Of a stretch of DNA of 64,000 nucleotides, positions 10,594-20,316 are shown in pieces. This DNA comes from Cenarchaeum sp. Its GTDB lineage: Archaea; Thermoproteota; Nitrososphaeria; Nitrososphaerales; Nitrosopumilaceae. Numbering within the stretch: the first letter of the stretch is position 1; each line of letters opens with the position of its first letter. The position numbers and the translations under genes are program-made. Under the pieces are notes generated by a model, which made no database searches, was not told the origin of the DNA, and saw only the letters and a list, made by a program, of their open reading frames with translations. The DNA lies in contig OZ243037.1 of NCBI GenBank assembly GCA_965212015.1, forward strand, positions 448,001-512,000, in the 5' to 3' direction.

Positions 10594-11970
10594 ATGAATA
10601 GAAAACTCAAGTATTTGGCAATACTTGCAATACTGCCATTGTTTTCATTGGCACTGACTTCGAGCTTTGATAATGCAGAGGCGCTAAAAGCACAGGGTAG
10701 TTCATCAAAATATACAAAGGACAACGTTTGTGGGGTTCAGCTCTGTTCTGAAATCCCCGGTGGACGAGATGCATTTGAGGAGAGCCAGGCAAACAGGCTC
10801 AAGGATGCAAGAAGCGGTGCGGCCGACGTAGAAATCGGCGAACACATGAAGGACAAGGCAAGCATGAAGGACGGTGAGCACATGAAGGACGGTGAGCACA
10901 TGAAGGACAAGGCAAGCATGAAGGACGGCGAGCACATGAAAGACGGCGAAAAGATGAAGGACAAGGACCACATGAAGGACAAAATGATGGAAAAAATGAC
11001 TGCTGGTTCCCTGCTGAATCTGTCAAGGTCAAACGTGCCGGCTACCATACCGCTGCATCACGGGTTTTATGACGGCGGCGACGTGTACTTTATCATAACT
11101 GATTCAAGTGACGAGGCACACGCGCAGATCATTACCGAAAACCAGGGATGGAAGGTGGAGCTGGCGCCGCTGCTGGCAAACGCGCCAGAGGCGGCACTCT
11201 CAAAGACATACATGTTTACCGGCGGCATCGACGGCAAGGGCGTACACGGATTCCAGGGCGAGGTGTTTACAAGCACGCCGTCCCAGAGTGACGTCTATAG
11301 CGCGTTGACATCGCACGTTCATGTTGCATGGAATGCCGATTCAGAGGCACGCGTTTTAATGTCCGAACAGGAAATACTGGACGCAGAAACCGCAGGCGAA
11401 GTCACCCTTAGTCAGCTTGGCGTGGTGCTAAACATGCCGCAAATCGTCTGGCCCGACGGCCAGATGATGGTAAAAGAGGACAAAGAGTTGACAAACCACA
11501 CCCCGTACGGCGGAGGCCAGGTACTCGACATCAATACAGACGAGATGACTGTGACCTTTATCGCACACAGGGGCTGGGGTCCTGACGGCAGGACAATCTA
11601 CTACATCGTAACTGATGCCACGCCCTCCGGCCCGGCCGGCGCAATGGGAGTAGTGGACGCACCAACTGCGGCCAGTCTGATTGCAAACTCTGCGGCAGTG
11701 GATCTGTTCCAGTTCAAGAACGGAATAGCAGGCTCAGGCCCGCTGGGATTCCAGCCAGGAATCGCATCAGGCGCACCAGGCGACACCAATTATTCCCCAA
11801 TGTGGAGAATCTTTTTAGTCGAGTGGAGCGAGCCAAGATATGCGTCTGTTCTTGAGACCAAGGCAGACATTGATGCGGCCAATGCAGAAAACCTCATAGG
11901 CATAAGTATTGCAAGACCAATGGACTCTGATCACATTGTGAACTGTCCATTCATAGATCCATTCCAATAG
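10594..11970 (+). CDS. Secreted protein with Met/His-rich repeat linker and duplicated C-terminal domain (putative metal binding)
   Basis: Signal peptide, VCGVQLCSE motif, MKDGEH/MKDKAS repeats, two Y(F/Y)I(I/V)TD(S/A)...YS modules. Confidence 0.8.
   Translation: MNRKLKYLAILAILPLFSLALTSSFDNAEALKAQGSSSKYTKDNVCGVQLCSEIPGGRDAFEESQANRLKDARSGAADVEIGEHMKDKASMKDGEHMKDGEHMKDKASMKDGEHMKDGEKMKDKDHMKDKMMEKMTAGSLLNLSRSNVPATIPLHHGFYDGGDVYFIITDSSDEAHAQIITENQGWKVELAPLLANAPEAALSKTYMFTGGIDGKGVHGFQGEVFTSTPSQSDVYSALTSHVHVAWNADSEARVLMSEQEILDAETAGEVTLSQLGVVLNMPQIVWPDGQMMVKEDKELTNHTPYGGGQVLDINTDEMTVTFIAHRGWGPDGRTIYYIVTDATPSGPAGAMGVVDAPTAASLIANSAAVDLFQFKNGIAGSGPLGFQPGIASGAPGDTNYSPMWRIFLVEWSEPRYASVLETKADIDAANAENLIGISIARPMDSDHIVNCPFIDPFQ
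10836..11000 (+). repeat. 18-bp coding repeats (MKDGEH / MKDKAS)
   Basis: Repeated ATGAAGGACGG(T/C)GAGCAC units. Confidence 0.88.
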
Positions 11971-11980
11971 GTTTACACCT

Positions 11981-11991
11981 ATTTTTTTTTG
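11981..11991 (+). terminator. Oligo-T archaeal terminator
   Basis: T9 run about 11 nt after the stop at 11970. Confidence 0.55.
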
Positions 11992-12221
11992 TTCCAGCGT
12001 GTTTTTACCCGCATTTTTGGAATCTGCGCGGTGTTTCCCGTCGAGTGTCAGACGCCAATACGCGGCGGGATCCGGCTTTGATGGGAATCCAGCCCCGGGC
12101 GAATCCGGTCTTGCGGTGTTTTTGGCCAGTTTACAGGCACGGTTTGACAGTCCAGCCCGCATCCCTCACGCCTATAATTTGGATAATTAATTATATACCC
12201 AATGCCCTCCAACCCATACAG

Positions 12222-13058
12222 ATGAACAAAAAGGCCATAATCGGTTTAGTCGTGGCAGCCATAATAATTCCAAGCGTGGGATATGCAATCAGCCCATATT
12301 TTACAGAATCCACCATTAACGAGGAACTTCCTGACAATATCGCAATCACAGGAGAGGTGACAGGCGATGAGATGGAGGATGCAGGCGAGAGAGAAGAGGG
12401 AATAGAGGCAGAAATGATGGAGGATGCAGAAATGATGAAAGGCGAAGAGATGGTTGAAGGCATGGAAGGCTCAGATATGATGGAAGGCATGGAGGCAGAA
12501 ACGGTAGAGGAGGCAGAAATGATGGAAACAGAAGAGATGATGGAGGATGCATCCATGGAAAACGACATGACAAATGACGGGACGGAAACTACAATCGAGG
12601 ATGCAGTCGACGAGGCAGAGGCAGACGTCTCTGTGGATGACGACGAGATGGTTGAAGGCGCCGACATACAGGACGGCCATACCGGCGGCGGTGTACAAGC
12701 GCAGGAAAACGCCAATGACAAAGTTATCCCCGTCACGTATTCTGGAACATTTGTCGGCGTCAATGACGGCATACACAATGCAGAGGGCGTCACGCTAGTG
12801 CTCCCCCTTGATGACGGCTCGCAGATACTGAGGCTTGAGGAATTTCACTCCACCAACGGGCCGGATCTTTACGTCTATCTTGCCACCGACAAGAGGGCAA
12901 GCGACTTTGTGAATCTGGGCGATCTCAAGGCCAACCGCGGAAACCAGAATTACGAGATTCCGCAGGGAACGGATCTTGAAAAATACGACAATGTCCTCAT
13001 CTGGTGCAAGCAGTTCAGCGTGCTGTTTGGCAGCTCGGAAATATCCCCGGACAATTAG
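12222..13058 (+). CDS. DM13-domain membrane-anchored protein with Met/Glu-rich linker
   Basis: NGPDLYVYL...LGDLKANRGNQNYEIP...VLIWCKQFSVLFG; start MNKKAII about 28 nt after TTATATA. Confidence 0.9.
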   Translation: MNKKAIIGLVVAAIIIPSVGYAISPYFTESTINEELPDNIAITGEVTGDEMEDAGEREEGIEAEMMEDAEMMKGEEMVEGMEGSDMMEGMEAETVEEAEMMETEEMMEDASMENDMTNDGTETTIEDAVDEAEADVSVDDDEMVEGADIQDGHTGGGVQAQENANDKVIPVTYSGTFVGVNDGIHNAEGVTLVLPLDDGSQILRLEEFHSTNGPDLYVYLATDKRASDFVNLGDLKANRGNQNYEIPQGTDLEKYDNVLIWCKQFSVLFGSSEISPDN

Positions 13059-13081
13059 CATTTTATGCGGACATGACAGTA

Positions 13082-13864
13082 CTAGGACTTTATCTCTGCG
13101 CCGTGCTGTGACTTTACTATGTACCTGTCCCGGATTTTTACGCTTATCCAGTCTATGATCAGGACGGCCACTAGCACCACCAGCATAAAGACTGCGGCCT
13201 TGCCGTACTCGAAGAACTTGATATAGTTTATGATGTAAAACCCAATCCCGCCTGCGCCGACCAGCCCCAGGATGCTAGTCTGCCTCACGTTATAGTCAAA
13301 CATGTACAGTATGTGGCTCAGAATGTGCGGTGCGGATTCGGGAATGACTACAAAGCGTATCAGCTTTAGCTTTGATATCCCCATCGAGCGCACGGCATCC
13401 ATCGGTTCGGCGTCAATTGCCTCTATCGTCTCGTACTGGAGCTTTGCCACAAACCCCACGGTATACATTATTATCGCCAGCACCCCCGCAAACGGCCCCA
13501 GGCCCACCATTATCACAAACAGGATGGCCCACAGAATCGACGGAAACGTGCGTATTGCCGCCAGTATCGCGCGCACAGGACCGTACACCCACTTGCTGTT
13601 GAGGTTCCTTGACGCAAGCATGCTAAGCGGCAGGGCAATCGTGACGCCCACGATGGTGCCGACAAACGCCATCTGAATCGTCTCAAACATCGACCACACC
13701 GCCGTGCCGAACAGGTCCGGGCTTATCTGCGTCATCTCGCGGGCCACTACCTCGAGGTTCAGTATGCCGCTTGCAAAATCCGCAGGGTTGGCATCAATGT
13801 TTACCGATACGGCAATGACGGCGGCCACTATCAGGCCTATTGCCAGGTTATTTTTCGGATTCAT
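13082..13864 (-). CDS. phnE: Phosphonate/phosphite ABC transporter permease
   Basis: RTFPSILWAILF, ETIEAID, YNVRQTSILGLVGAGGIG. Confidence 0.93.
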   Translation of the reverse strand: MNPKNNLAIGLIVAAVIAVSVNIDANPADFASGILNLEVVAREMTQISPDLFGTAVWSMFETIQMAFVGTIVGVTIALPLSMLASRNLNSKWVYGPVRAILAAIRTFPSILWAILFVIMVGLGPFAGVLAIIMYTVGFVAKLQYETIEAIDAEPMDAVRSMGISKLKLIRFVVIPESAPHILSHILYMFDYNVRQTSILGLVGAGGIGFYIINYIKFFEYGKAAVFMLVVLVAVLIIDWISVKIRDRYIVKSQHGAEIKS

Positions 13865-14657
13865 CCCCGTACATCTCTAGTATCTCCTGCTGCGTCATGT
13901 TTCCGGACTGAAAGTCCACTATCTGGTCGCCCTCCACGCCTATCTCGAGTACCTTTTCGCCGTCGCGCATCACTGCCACGCGGTTTGCATACTCTAGCGC
14001 AAGCTGTATGTCGTGGTGCACCATTACCGAGGTAAGGTTGAGCTTTTCCTGCGCGTCCCGGATTAAATCCATGACCTCGACTGCGGTGGAGTGATCCAGC
14101 TCGGACACTATCTCGTCGGCAAGCAGAATGTCGGGCTTTTGCATCAGCGCGCGCGCAATGGCCACCCGCCTCTTCTCCCCGCCGCTTAGCGTGTGCGCCT
14201 TGCGGTGGAACTTGCCGTCCAGGCCCACCAGTCTCAGTATCCTTTCTGCCTCAGAGACCTCGCCGTCTGGGTACATTTTGAGAAATGACTTTAGCTGGCC
14301 CATCCTGGGTAGCGCGCCGATCAGCGTGTTTTCCAGGACGGAGGAGCTGCGGACCAGCCCCAGGCTCTGCGGGATATAGCCTATCTTTGACATCATTGCC
14401 CTAAAGCCTGCGCTGCGCATGTCCGGAGTCGCATAGTCGGTCTTTACTGTCCCCCTGCTTGGCCTCATCATGGCGTTTATCAGCTTTAGCATGGTGGATT
14501 TTCCGGATCCGGACTGGCCGATTATGGCATAGTTGCTCCCGCGCCGCACCGACAGGTTTATCCTCTTTAGGACATACCCTTCAGAGTCGTACGACGCCCA
14601 GACGTCGTTCATCTGTATAATGTTCTCGGTAAGAATCGGTTTTGGGTTGTGTTTCAT
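13848..14657 (-). CDS. phnC: Phosphonate/phosphite ABC transporter ATP-binding protein
   Basis: GQSGSGKST, LSGGEKRRVAIARAL, LLADE; lies between phnD and phnE. Confidence 0.92.
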   Translation of the reverse strand: MKHNPKPILTENIIQMNDVWASYDSEGYVLKRINLSVRRGSNYAIIGQSGSGKSTMLKLINAMMRPSRGTVKTDYATPDMRSAGFRAMMSKIGYIPQSLGLVRSSSVLENTLIGALPRMGQLKSFLKMYPDGEVSEAERILRLVGLDGKFHRKAHTLSGGEKRRVAIARALMQKPDILLADEIVSELDHSTAVEVMDLIRDAQEKLNLTSVMVHHDIQLALEYANRVAVMRDGEKVLEIGVEGDQIVDFQSGNMTQQEILEMYGDESEK

Positions 14658-14662
14658 GCGTG

Positions 14663-15742
14663 TTATTTGCTCTTGTCGTACTTGTCTAAAATCAACCTAT
14701 CGATTCCCGCCAGCGCGTCAATGTTTTCGCCGAAATCGCCAATGTGCATTATGGTGCTAGTCGGCAAAAGTGCGTCTGCTCCGTAAAGATCTGTCAGAAT
14801 TTTATTATTCTCCTCATAGTTTAGCTCCACCAGCGCGCCGGTCAGGGCCTTTCTTGTATAGTCGGGCATGTCGGGGTGCACCATAAAGACGTGGGACGGC
14901 ACCTCGCCTACGGTGGCGACTGACTTTAGCCTCGCCTGCTCGCCGGCATCAAGGTATTTTTTTGGCGCAATGTCTGAGCCAAATGCGACGTCGACATTGC
15001 CGCCAAGCAGCAGCTGCAGCGCCGCCTTGTATCCGCCGGTAAACGTGTGCTCCTCAAAAGAGTCGCGCAGCGCCTGCTCCAGCGCTATTACGTCATTACC
15101 CTGGATTTGAATCTGCCCTGATGTCACCAGGCTTCCCACCGGCCTGATGAATCCAGAAGATCCGGTAATGCTGGTAAATGCCACGCGCTTTCCAAGCACA
15201 TCCTCGAGGGACTGTACGGAATGGTCGTCTGCCAGCGTCCATACGGTTGCCTGATAGCTTGTCTTGCCGCCCACCACCTCTGCTAGTACTGCCTCGGCGC
15301 CGGTTCTCTGGTGAGTTATCCACGCCGGACCGGTATCCATAAAGGCCGCATCGATGTGGCCAAACCGCATTCCCTCGATTATAGTCTCATAGTTTGTCGG
15401 AATTACAATCTCAATGTCGACGCCGGGAATCCGTTCCTCAAGAAACTCTTCTAGCTCTTGGGCCTCAGATGTCAGCTTGTCTGCCTTTTCAATCGGTATG
15501 AGGCCTATTGTCAGCTTGTCTGCACCGGGATCATTGCGTGCGTCCGGTATGCGGATTACGCCCTCGTCTATCAGATACTGTATGACCCCGATAAAGTCCC
15601 CGTCGGTGGTCTGATCATCGGCCCAAAACCCGGCCACCTCTTTTATCCATGCCGGTATTTCTGATTGCGCAGAGGCGTGCAGTGCCGCCGGCATGGCGCA
15701 CGCAGCGCACACAAGTATGGCAATCCGGACTGTGCGAATCAT
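14663..15742 (-). CDS. phnD: Phosphonate/phosphite-binding protein with N-terminal thaumarchaeal IPxWIK module
   Basis: NYETIIEGMRFGHIDAAF, AFTSITGSSGFIRP; start placed at MIRTVR (15742). Confidence 0.88.
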   Translation of the reverse strand: MIRTVRIAILVCAACAMPAALHASAQSEIPAWIKEVAGFWADDQTTDGDFIGVIQYLIDEGVIRIPDARNDPGADKLTIGLIPIEKADKLTSEAQELEEFLEERIPGVDIEIVIPTNYETIIEGMRFGHIDAAFMDTGPAWITHQRTGAEAVLAEVVGGKTSYQATVWTLADDHSVQSLEDVLGKRVAFTSITGSSGFIRPVGSLVTSGQIQIQGNDVIALEQALRDSFEEHTFTGGYKAALQLLLGGNVDVAFGSDIAPKKYLDAGEQARLKSVATVGEVPSHVFMVHPDMPDYTRKALTGALVELNYEENNKILTDLYGADALLPTSTIMHIGDFGENIDALAGIDRLILDKYDKSK

Positions 15743-16037
15743 TATGGCTGTGCTTGGCGCCAATCCATTTAAACCAAGATTCAATTGTACAGACGTGTTC
15801 CATAATTGTAGAATCACTGCCCTGCCTGCCAGAGTGCATCACGAGCTGCGAATTTGTCCCTTGCCACATGTGGTGTGTCTCGCCGGAAAATTTTGGTGTT
15901 AATGCCGGTATGATCTAGGGGAATGGCCCGTATGGGAGGTGGTGGTTTTGTACCCGTCTTTTTCTAGCATGCGGCATTTCAGCAAAATTCAAAGTTTTAA
16001 CAGTCATGGCCGCTTTCCGTGCGTGACGGTCCTTTCT

Positions 16038-16090
16038 GGGAATGATTTCCTGTCCGGGAATGATTTCCTGTCCGGGAATGATTTCCTGTC
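16038..16090 (+). repeat. 18-bp intergenic tandem repeat x3
   Basis: GGGAATGATTTCCTGTCC at 16038, 16056, 16074. Confidence 0.95.
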
Positions 16091-16185
16091 AGGTGTAAAG
16101 GTGGACAAATGATCGTGCCTAAAGCAGACTGAATAGAATGGTCAATCTTTTAATAGGCATATCCACACATAAAACATTGGTCTAT

Positions 16186-16308
16186 ATGGAAAAGGTAATG
16201 GATGATAAAGACGAGGATGTTGTAATGGACGAAAAGGAAGTCAGAAGGATAATCGACGAATGCCTAAGGCAACACTATAAAGTCTATGACAGACTAGCAG
16301 AAATTTAG
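16186..16308 (+). CDS. Putative 40-aa acidic antitoxin for Doc/Fic (not in ORF track)
   Basis: MEKVMDDKDEDVVMDEKEVRRIIDECLRQHYKVYDRLAEI; stops 1 nt before the toxin start; TTTTAATA upstream. Confidence 0.7.
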   Translation: MEKVMDDKDEDVVMDEKEVRRIIDECLRQHYKVYDRLAEI

Positions 16309-16309
16309 A

Positions 16310-16921
16310 TTGTACTATCCAACCATGCAAAATGTAGAATTAATCATAGATGAATTAAATCTACGGTACAATGTTCGTATTGTGATTATAAATCAAGGGC
16401 AATTAGAGTTTGCTCTGGAAAAACCCAAGGAAAAATTTAATGGTGTCGAGATGTATCCCGAGTTATATCAAAAGGCAGCTATCTTGATGGAGACCATGAC
16501 AAAACTCCATACCCTTAGTGATGGCAATAAAAGAACCGCCATGTTGATGGCAGAGTTTATGATCAAAGCAAATGGGGGCGATATGGTATTGCCGCTAAAG
16601 GCAACCCGTTTGTCCGTAGATGTGGCAATGGATGCAGATGATGGGATGAGGGATGAAATTCAAAAATGGTTCAAAGTACATGTTGCTATGAATCCATACG
16701 AATTATCCGTCATGCTTAAAGAACTCATAGAGGAAGAGGAAATGATCAAGAATTTATTGAAATCGGAAAAGATACTACAGGTTAGGGAATTACTTGACAA
16801 ATGGCTTGCTTTTGATAATTATCCAGAATATAAAAAAGAATGGGATGAATTGGAAGAACAATGGAGGCAAAAAGATCATTACATGTCAAACTCAACAGAA
16901 AATAAAAAATCCGACCTGTGA
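16310..16921 (+). CDS. Doc/Fic family toxin
   Basis: YPELYQKAA...HTLSDGNKRTA Doc-type motif. Confidence 0.88.
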   Translation: MYYPTMQNVELIIDELNLRYNVRIVIINQGQLEFALEKPKEKFNGVEMYPELYQKAAILMETMTKLHTLSDGNKRTAMLMAEFMIKANGGDMVLPLKATRLSVDVAMDADDGMRDEIQKWFKVHVAMNPYELSVMLKELIEEEEMIKNLLKSEKILQVRELLDKWLAFDNYPEYKKEWDELEEQWRQKDHYMSNSTENKKSDL

Positions 16922-17240
16922 CCAAGAATATGGAAGTCAATTACCAACATTGTAAAACGTCCACATCATGAAACATCACAGGAATTGGTTTCAGACAGAT
17001 GATGTTGAGGATTTTTTATACGGCACATGATGAAACATGTCCAGTATGCCCAAAGATGTTGTACGCGAATCAAGTTACTGCTGTTCAAATTCATTATTTA
17101 ATTGTTTAAATCTCGGATTCGTACGAGATCACGCCACAATGCGACTAGGCACAAGTTTCGCATCACGGATATCCCTTGTACAGTGCATGTGGCCTCGCAG
17201 AATTCAAAACTTTATTTGCCAAAGGCGCGCAATATGGGCA

Positions 17241-18428
17241 ATGACAAACAGCGCCTCACCGGATTCTAATACCCGGTCTTTTGCATTGCCCTTTGGCGCC
17301 AGGACAGGCGCAGTCATCATGATCGCAGCAGCGCTTGCCATAATCGGGTTTTTTCTGGCCGAAAGCTGGGATGCGCCAGAAAATCCAACCCCGGATGCGA
17401 CGGGAGGCGGCAATGCAGAGTCCCCGTACCATGTCCGGACAATAGTGGAGAATCTCAGGGTTCCGTGGGCGATGGATTTTGCCCCCGACGGGAGGATATT
17501 TTTCACGCAGAGGGGCGGCGAGGTGTTCATAATACAGGACGGCATCATGCACGGGCCGGCACTAAATCTTGACGTGGGCTTTGTAGAGGGCGGACTGCTC
17601 GGAATAGCCCTCGATCCGCACTTTGAGGACAACCATTACGTCTATCTGTACTATACATACTCGGATCTGCTCTCCACACACAACAGGGTCGCAAGATACA
17701 CAGAGGAGGGCAACAAGCTTGCAGATGAGCTCACACTCATAGATGGCATTCCCGGCGGGCCGGTGCATGACGGCGGCAGGATAAGGTTCGGCGGCGACGG
17801 CAAGCTGTACGTGACTACCGGCGATGCGTCAAACCCCGCGCTTGCACAAGACAAAAGCTCGCTTGCCGGTAAAATCCTGCGAATCAATCCGGACGGCAGC
17901 ATTCCGGACGACAATCCCTTCAAAGAATCGCCGGTCTTTTCGTACGGACACAGGAATCCGCAGGGGCTTGACTGGCATTCAAGCGGGACGCTCTATATCA
18001 CCGAGCACGGCCCTTCCGGCGAGCGGGGATTCGCACACGACGAGATTAACGCAGTCCGCGGCGGGCAGAACTTTGGCTGGCCTGAGCTGGTAGGCGACGA
18101 GTCCGGTGAGGGCATGCGCGGCCCCGTCCTGCACAGCGGGGACATCACGTGGGCGCCGTCGGGCGCAAGCTTTTACGACTCGGATGCGATCCCCGAGTGG
18201 TCAGGCAAGCTCCTAGTCGCCACGCTTGCCGGAAGGCACATGATGGCAGTAAACCTTGACGCAGACCCGATAGTTGCAGAGCGTTATTTTGTGGGCGAGT
18301 ATGGAAGGCTCAGGGACGTTACAGTCGACGGACTTGGAAACGTCTATCTGCTTACAAGCAACCAGGACGGAAGGGGAAGCCCCGCCCCCAACGACGACAG
18401 GATACTAAAAGTCAGCGCATGGCCCTGA
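17241..18428 (+). CDS. PQQ-dependent sugar dehydrogenase (glucose/sorbosone DH family)
   Basis: PWAMDFAPDG, GGLLGIALDP, HDGGRIRFG, YGHRNPQG, GRLRDV. Confidence 0.93.
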   Translation: MTNSASPDSNTRSFALPFGARTGAVIMIAAALAIIGFFLAESWDAPENPTPDATGGGNAESPYHVRTIVENLRVPWAMDFAPDGRIFFTQRGGEVFIIQDGIMHGPALNLDVGFVEGGLLGIALDPHFEDNHYVYLYYTYSDLLSTHNRVARYTEEGNKLADELTLIDGIPGGPVHDGGRIRFGGDGKLYVTTGDASNPALAQDKSSLAGKILRINPDGSIPDDNPFKESPVFSYGHRNPQGLDWHSSGTLYITEHGPSGERGFAHDEINAVRGGQNFGWPELVGDESGEGMRGPVLHSGDITWAPSGASFYDSDAIPEWSGKLLVATLAGRHMMAVNLDADPIVAERYFVGEYGRLRDVTVDGLGNVYLLTSNQDGRGSPAPNDDRILKVSAWP

Positions 18429-18478
18429 ACCGTCGTGATGCCTTGCCGTAAAATGTACCGGCTATACCGAAACGGCAG

Positions 18479-18820
18479 CTAGTCCTGATACGACCTTACC
18501 GGGTATAGGCGCAGCACCGGCTCCTTGTCCTGCAGGGTAATCTCTACCTTGTCTATCCTGCTCCTGTACAGCTTTATTTTTTTCCCCTCCTTTGAGATTA
18601 CGAATTTTTCCACGTCAAGCAGCGCCAGATCCTCCAGCGCCGACACTGTCTTGTACACGTTTGAAAGCGAAATGTTCAGCTCGCCGGATATCTGGCTTGC
18701 GTCCTTTGCCACCTTTTTGACGCAAAACAGCACCGCCCTGGTGCACACGTTGCTTAGCGACTCTATTATCCTCTGCGTCACGTCAAACTCGCTGAGCTGT
18801 ATGATGTTGAGTTTTGCCAT
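18479..18820 (-). CDS. ArsR-like winged-helix regulator
   Basis: ASQISGELNISLSNVYK HTH; paralogue of the neighbouring gene. Confidence 0.85.
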   Translation of the reverse strand: MAKLNIIQLSEFDVTQRIIESLSNVCTRAVLFCVKKVAKDASQISGELNISLSNVYKTVSALEDLALLDVEKFVISKEGKKIKLYRSRIDKVEITLQDKEPVLRLYPVRSYQD

Positions 18821-18824
18821 GGCC

Positions 18825-19163
18825 CTAGTTCGGAGCAAGCCTCAGCATAGCTTCTGGTTTTTTAATCACAATGTCGGCCTTGCTTATCCTCGATCTGTAC
18901 GTCTTGAACTTTTTGCCCTTGTCAGATACGGAGATTTTCTCCACCCTCACCAGCGTCAGCTCCTCCAAATCCGCGAGTTTTTTGTATACCGAGCTCTGCG
19001 GGATTTTCAGGTGGTACGCAAGATCAATTGCGGATTTTCCCTTTTTTACGATTGAAAATAAAATCGCCCTGCTTTCTGCATCTGCCAGCGACTCGAGCAC
19101 CCTCTGGGTGGTGTCGTATCTTTTTAGCTGTGGCAGTGTAAGGCGCTTTGTCAACGTCCACAC
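18825..19163 (-). CDS. ArsR-like winged-helix regulator
   Basis: AIDLAYHLKIPQSSVYKKL HTH. Confidence 0.85.
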   Translation of the reverse strand: MWTLTKRLTLPQLKRYDTTQRVLESLADAESRAILFSIVKKGKSAIDLAYHLKIPQSSVYKKLADLEELTLVRVEKISVSDKGKKFKTYRSRISKADIVIKKPEAMLRLAPN

Positions 19164-19230
19164 GTGCTGGCGCGAGTTATTTAAACGAAATCATTGCCCT
19201 CGTTCTCAAATCCTAGAATGACGGCACAAG

Positions 19231-19983
19231 CTAGCCGTATGGCCGGCGCGGCGGCCCGTCGCGGCCGAATCTGCTCCACAGGAGGCCCAGAATCAGTGCA
19301 TCAGAGGCCCAGAATGCCGATACCGCAATGACCGAGGCGGCACGGAACTCTGCTAGCTGACCTGCTGCGTCGGCATCAGAATAGCCCGGCATCATAATGC
19401 CTGCTGCGTCGGCATCAGAATAGCCGGGCATCATAATGCCTGCTGCCACCATCAATGCGCCATACCCCGCCACAGAGGCGGCCTTTTTCATGCCGCAGAG
19501 TTTTTTTGAGAGGCGGTAAAACCCGAGCGCCGAGAATCCGGATATTGCGACAAAGGCCAGAAACAGCACGCCCCTGTACGCCACAGTGTCGGCACCCGTG
19601 CCGGCGGGAAGCTCGCCGGGATATTTCAGGAACGGGACCAGAAAAAGCACGCACCACATAATCCCCGCAAGGACGGCCGCCCTTGTGACGTCGTGGCGGC
19701 CCGGCAGGGACCTGCGGGACAGTCCATAGACAATCCCAAACAGCGATCCCATGGAGACTCCCAGAATCACGCTTGCAAGCACCTGGCCGCCCTTTTGCCA
19801 CTCCCTAAACGAGTCGTACTGCCCCAAAAGCGCAGGCTCCCTGCCAGAATCAAGATTCCTGCTTTCCAGGTATGCCGCCTCGTCGATAAACGGCTCTACT
19901 AGTACAAGGTTTACCCCGCCATGAACCAGTCCGGCAAGGGCGCCAGATACCAGTACCAAAACAACAAAGGTTCCGGATTTCAT
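19231..19983 (-). CDS. cbtA: CbtA-family cobalt transporter subunit
   Basis: VEPFIDEA..LE, LVPFLKYP...G..DTV.YR, FRAASV. Confidence 0.85.
   Translation of the reverse strand: MKSGTFVVLVLVSGALAGLVHGGVNLVLVEPFIDEAAYLESRNLDSGREPALLGQYDSFREWQKGGQVLASVILGVSMGSLFGIVYGLSRRSLPGRHDVTRAAVLAGIMWCVLFLVPFLKYPGELPAGTGADTVAYRGVLFLAFVAISGFSALGFYRLSKKLCGMKKAASVAGYGALMVAAGIMMPGYSDADAAGIMMPGYSDADAAGQLAEFRAASVIAVSAFWASDALILGLLWSRFGRDGPPRRPYG
19361..19446 (-). repeat. 39-bp in-frame duplication in cbtA (AAGIMMPGYSDAD x2)
   Basis: Units 19361-19399 and 19400-19438 differ at one position. Confidence 0.92.
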
Positions 19984-19995
19984 GCCGGATGACCA

Positions 19996-20226
19996 CTAGT
20001 GACACGGAAAGCCGGCTGCGTGTCTTATGTCGTGCGTAAGCTCGTGCAGGTACATCTCTTCAAAGGCTTCTGCACCCTGTACCACGCTAAACAGGTGTCC
20101 CTGATCAAAGGCCACCAAAAACAGCCCGAACGCAAAGATTGCGGCCAGCACCATTATAGAGATGACAGACGGGGCGCTTCTCGTAACTGTTTCTAGATGC
20201 GACAATACGGTGCTAGCAATATACAA
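19996..20226 (-). CDS. cbtB: CbtB-family cobalt transporter subunit
   Basis: One TM helix plus C-terminal HELTHDIRHAAGFPCH signature. Confidence 0.92.
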   Translation of the reverse strand: MYIASTVLSHLETVTRSAPSVISIMVLAAIFAFGLFLVAFDQGHLFSVVQGAEAFEEMYLHELTHDIRHAAGFPCH

Positions 20227-20316
20227 ACTATTTAACCGCTTGGATTATTTGTCCAATTTATATACAATTCCAGCCCACCGGACGATCTGAACAGAAACGT
20301 CGGAATCCTGCAGGAT

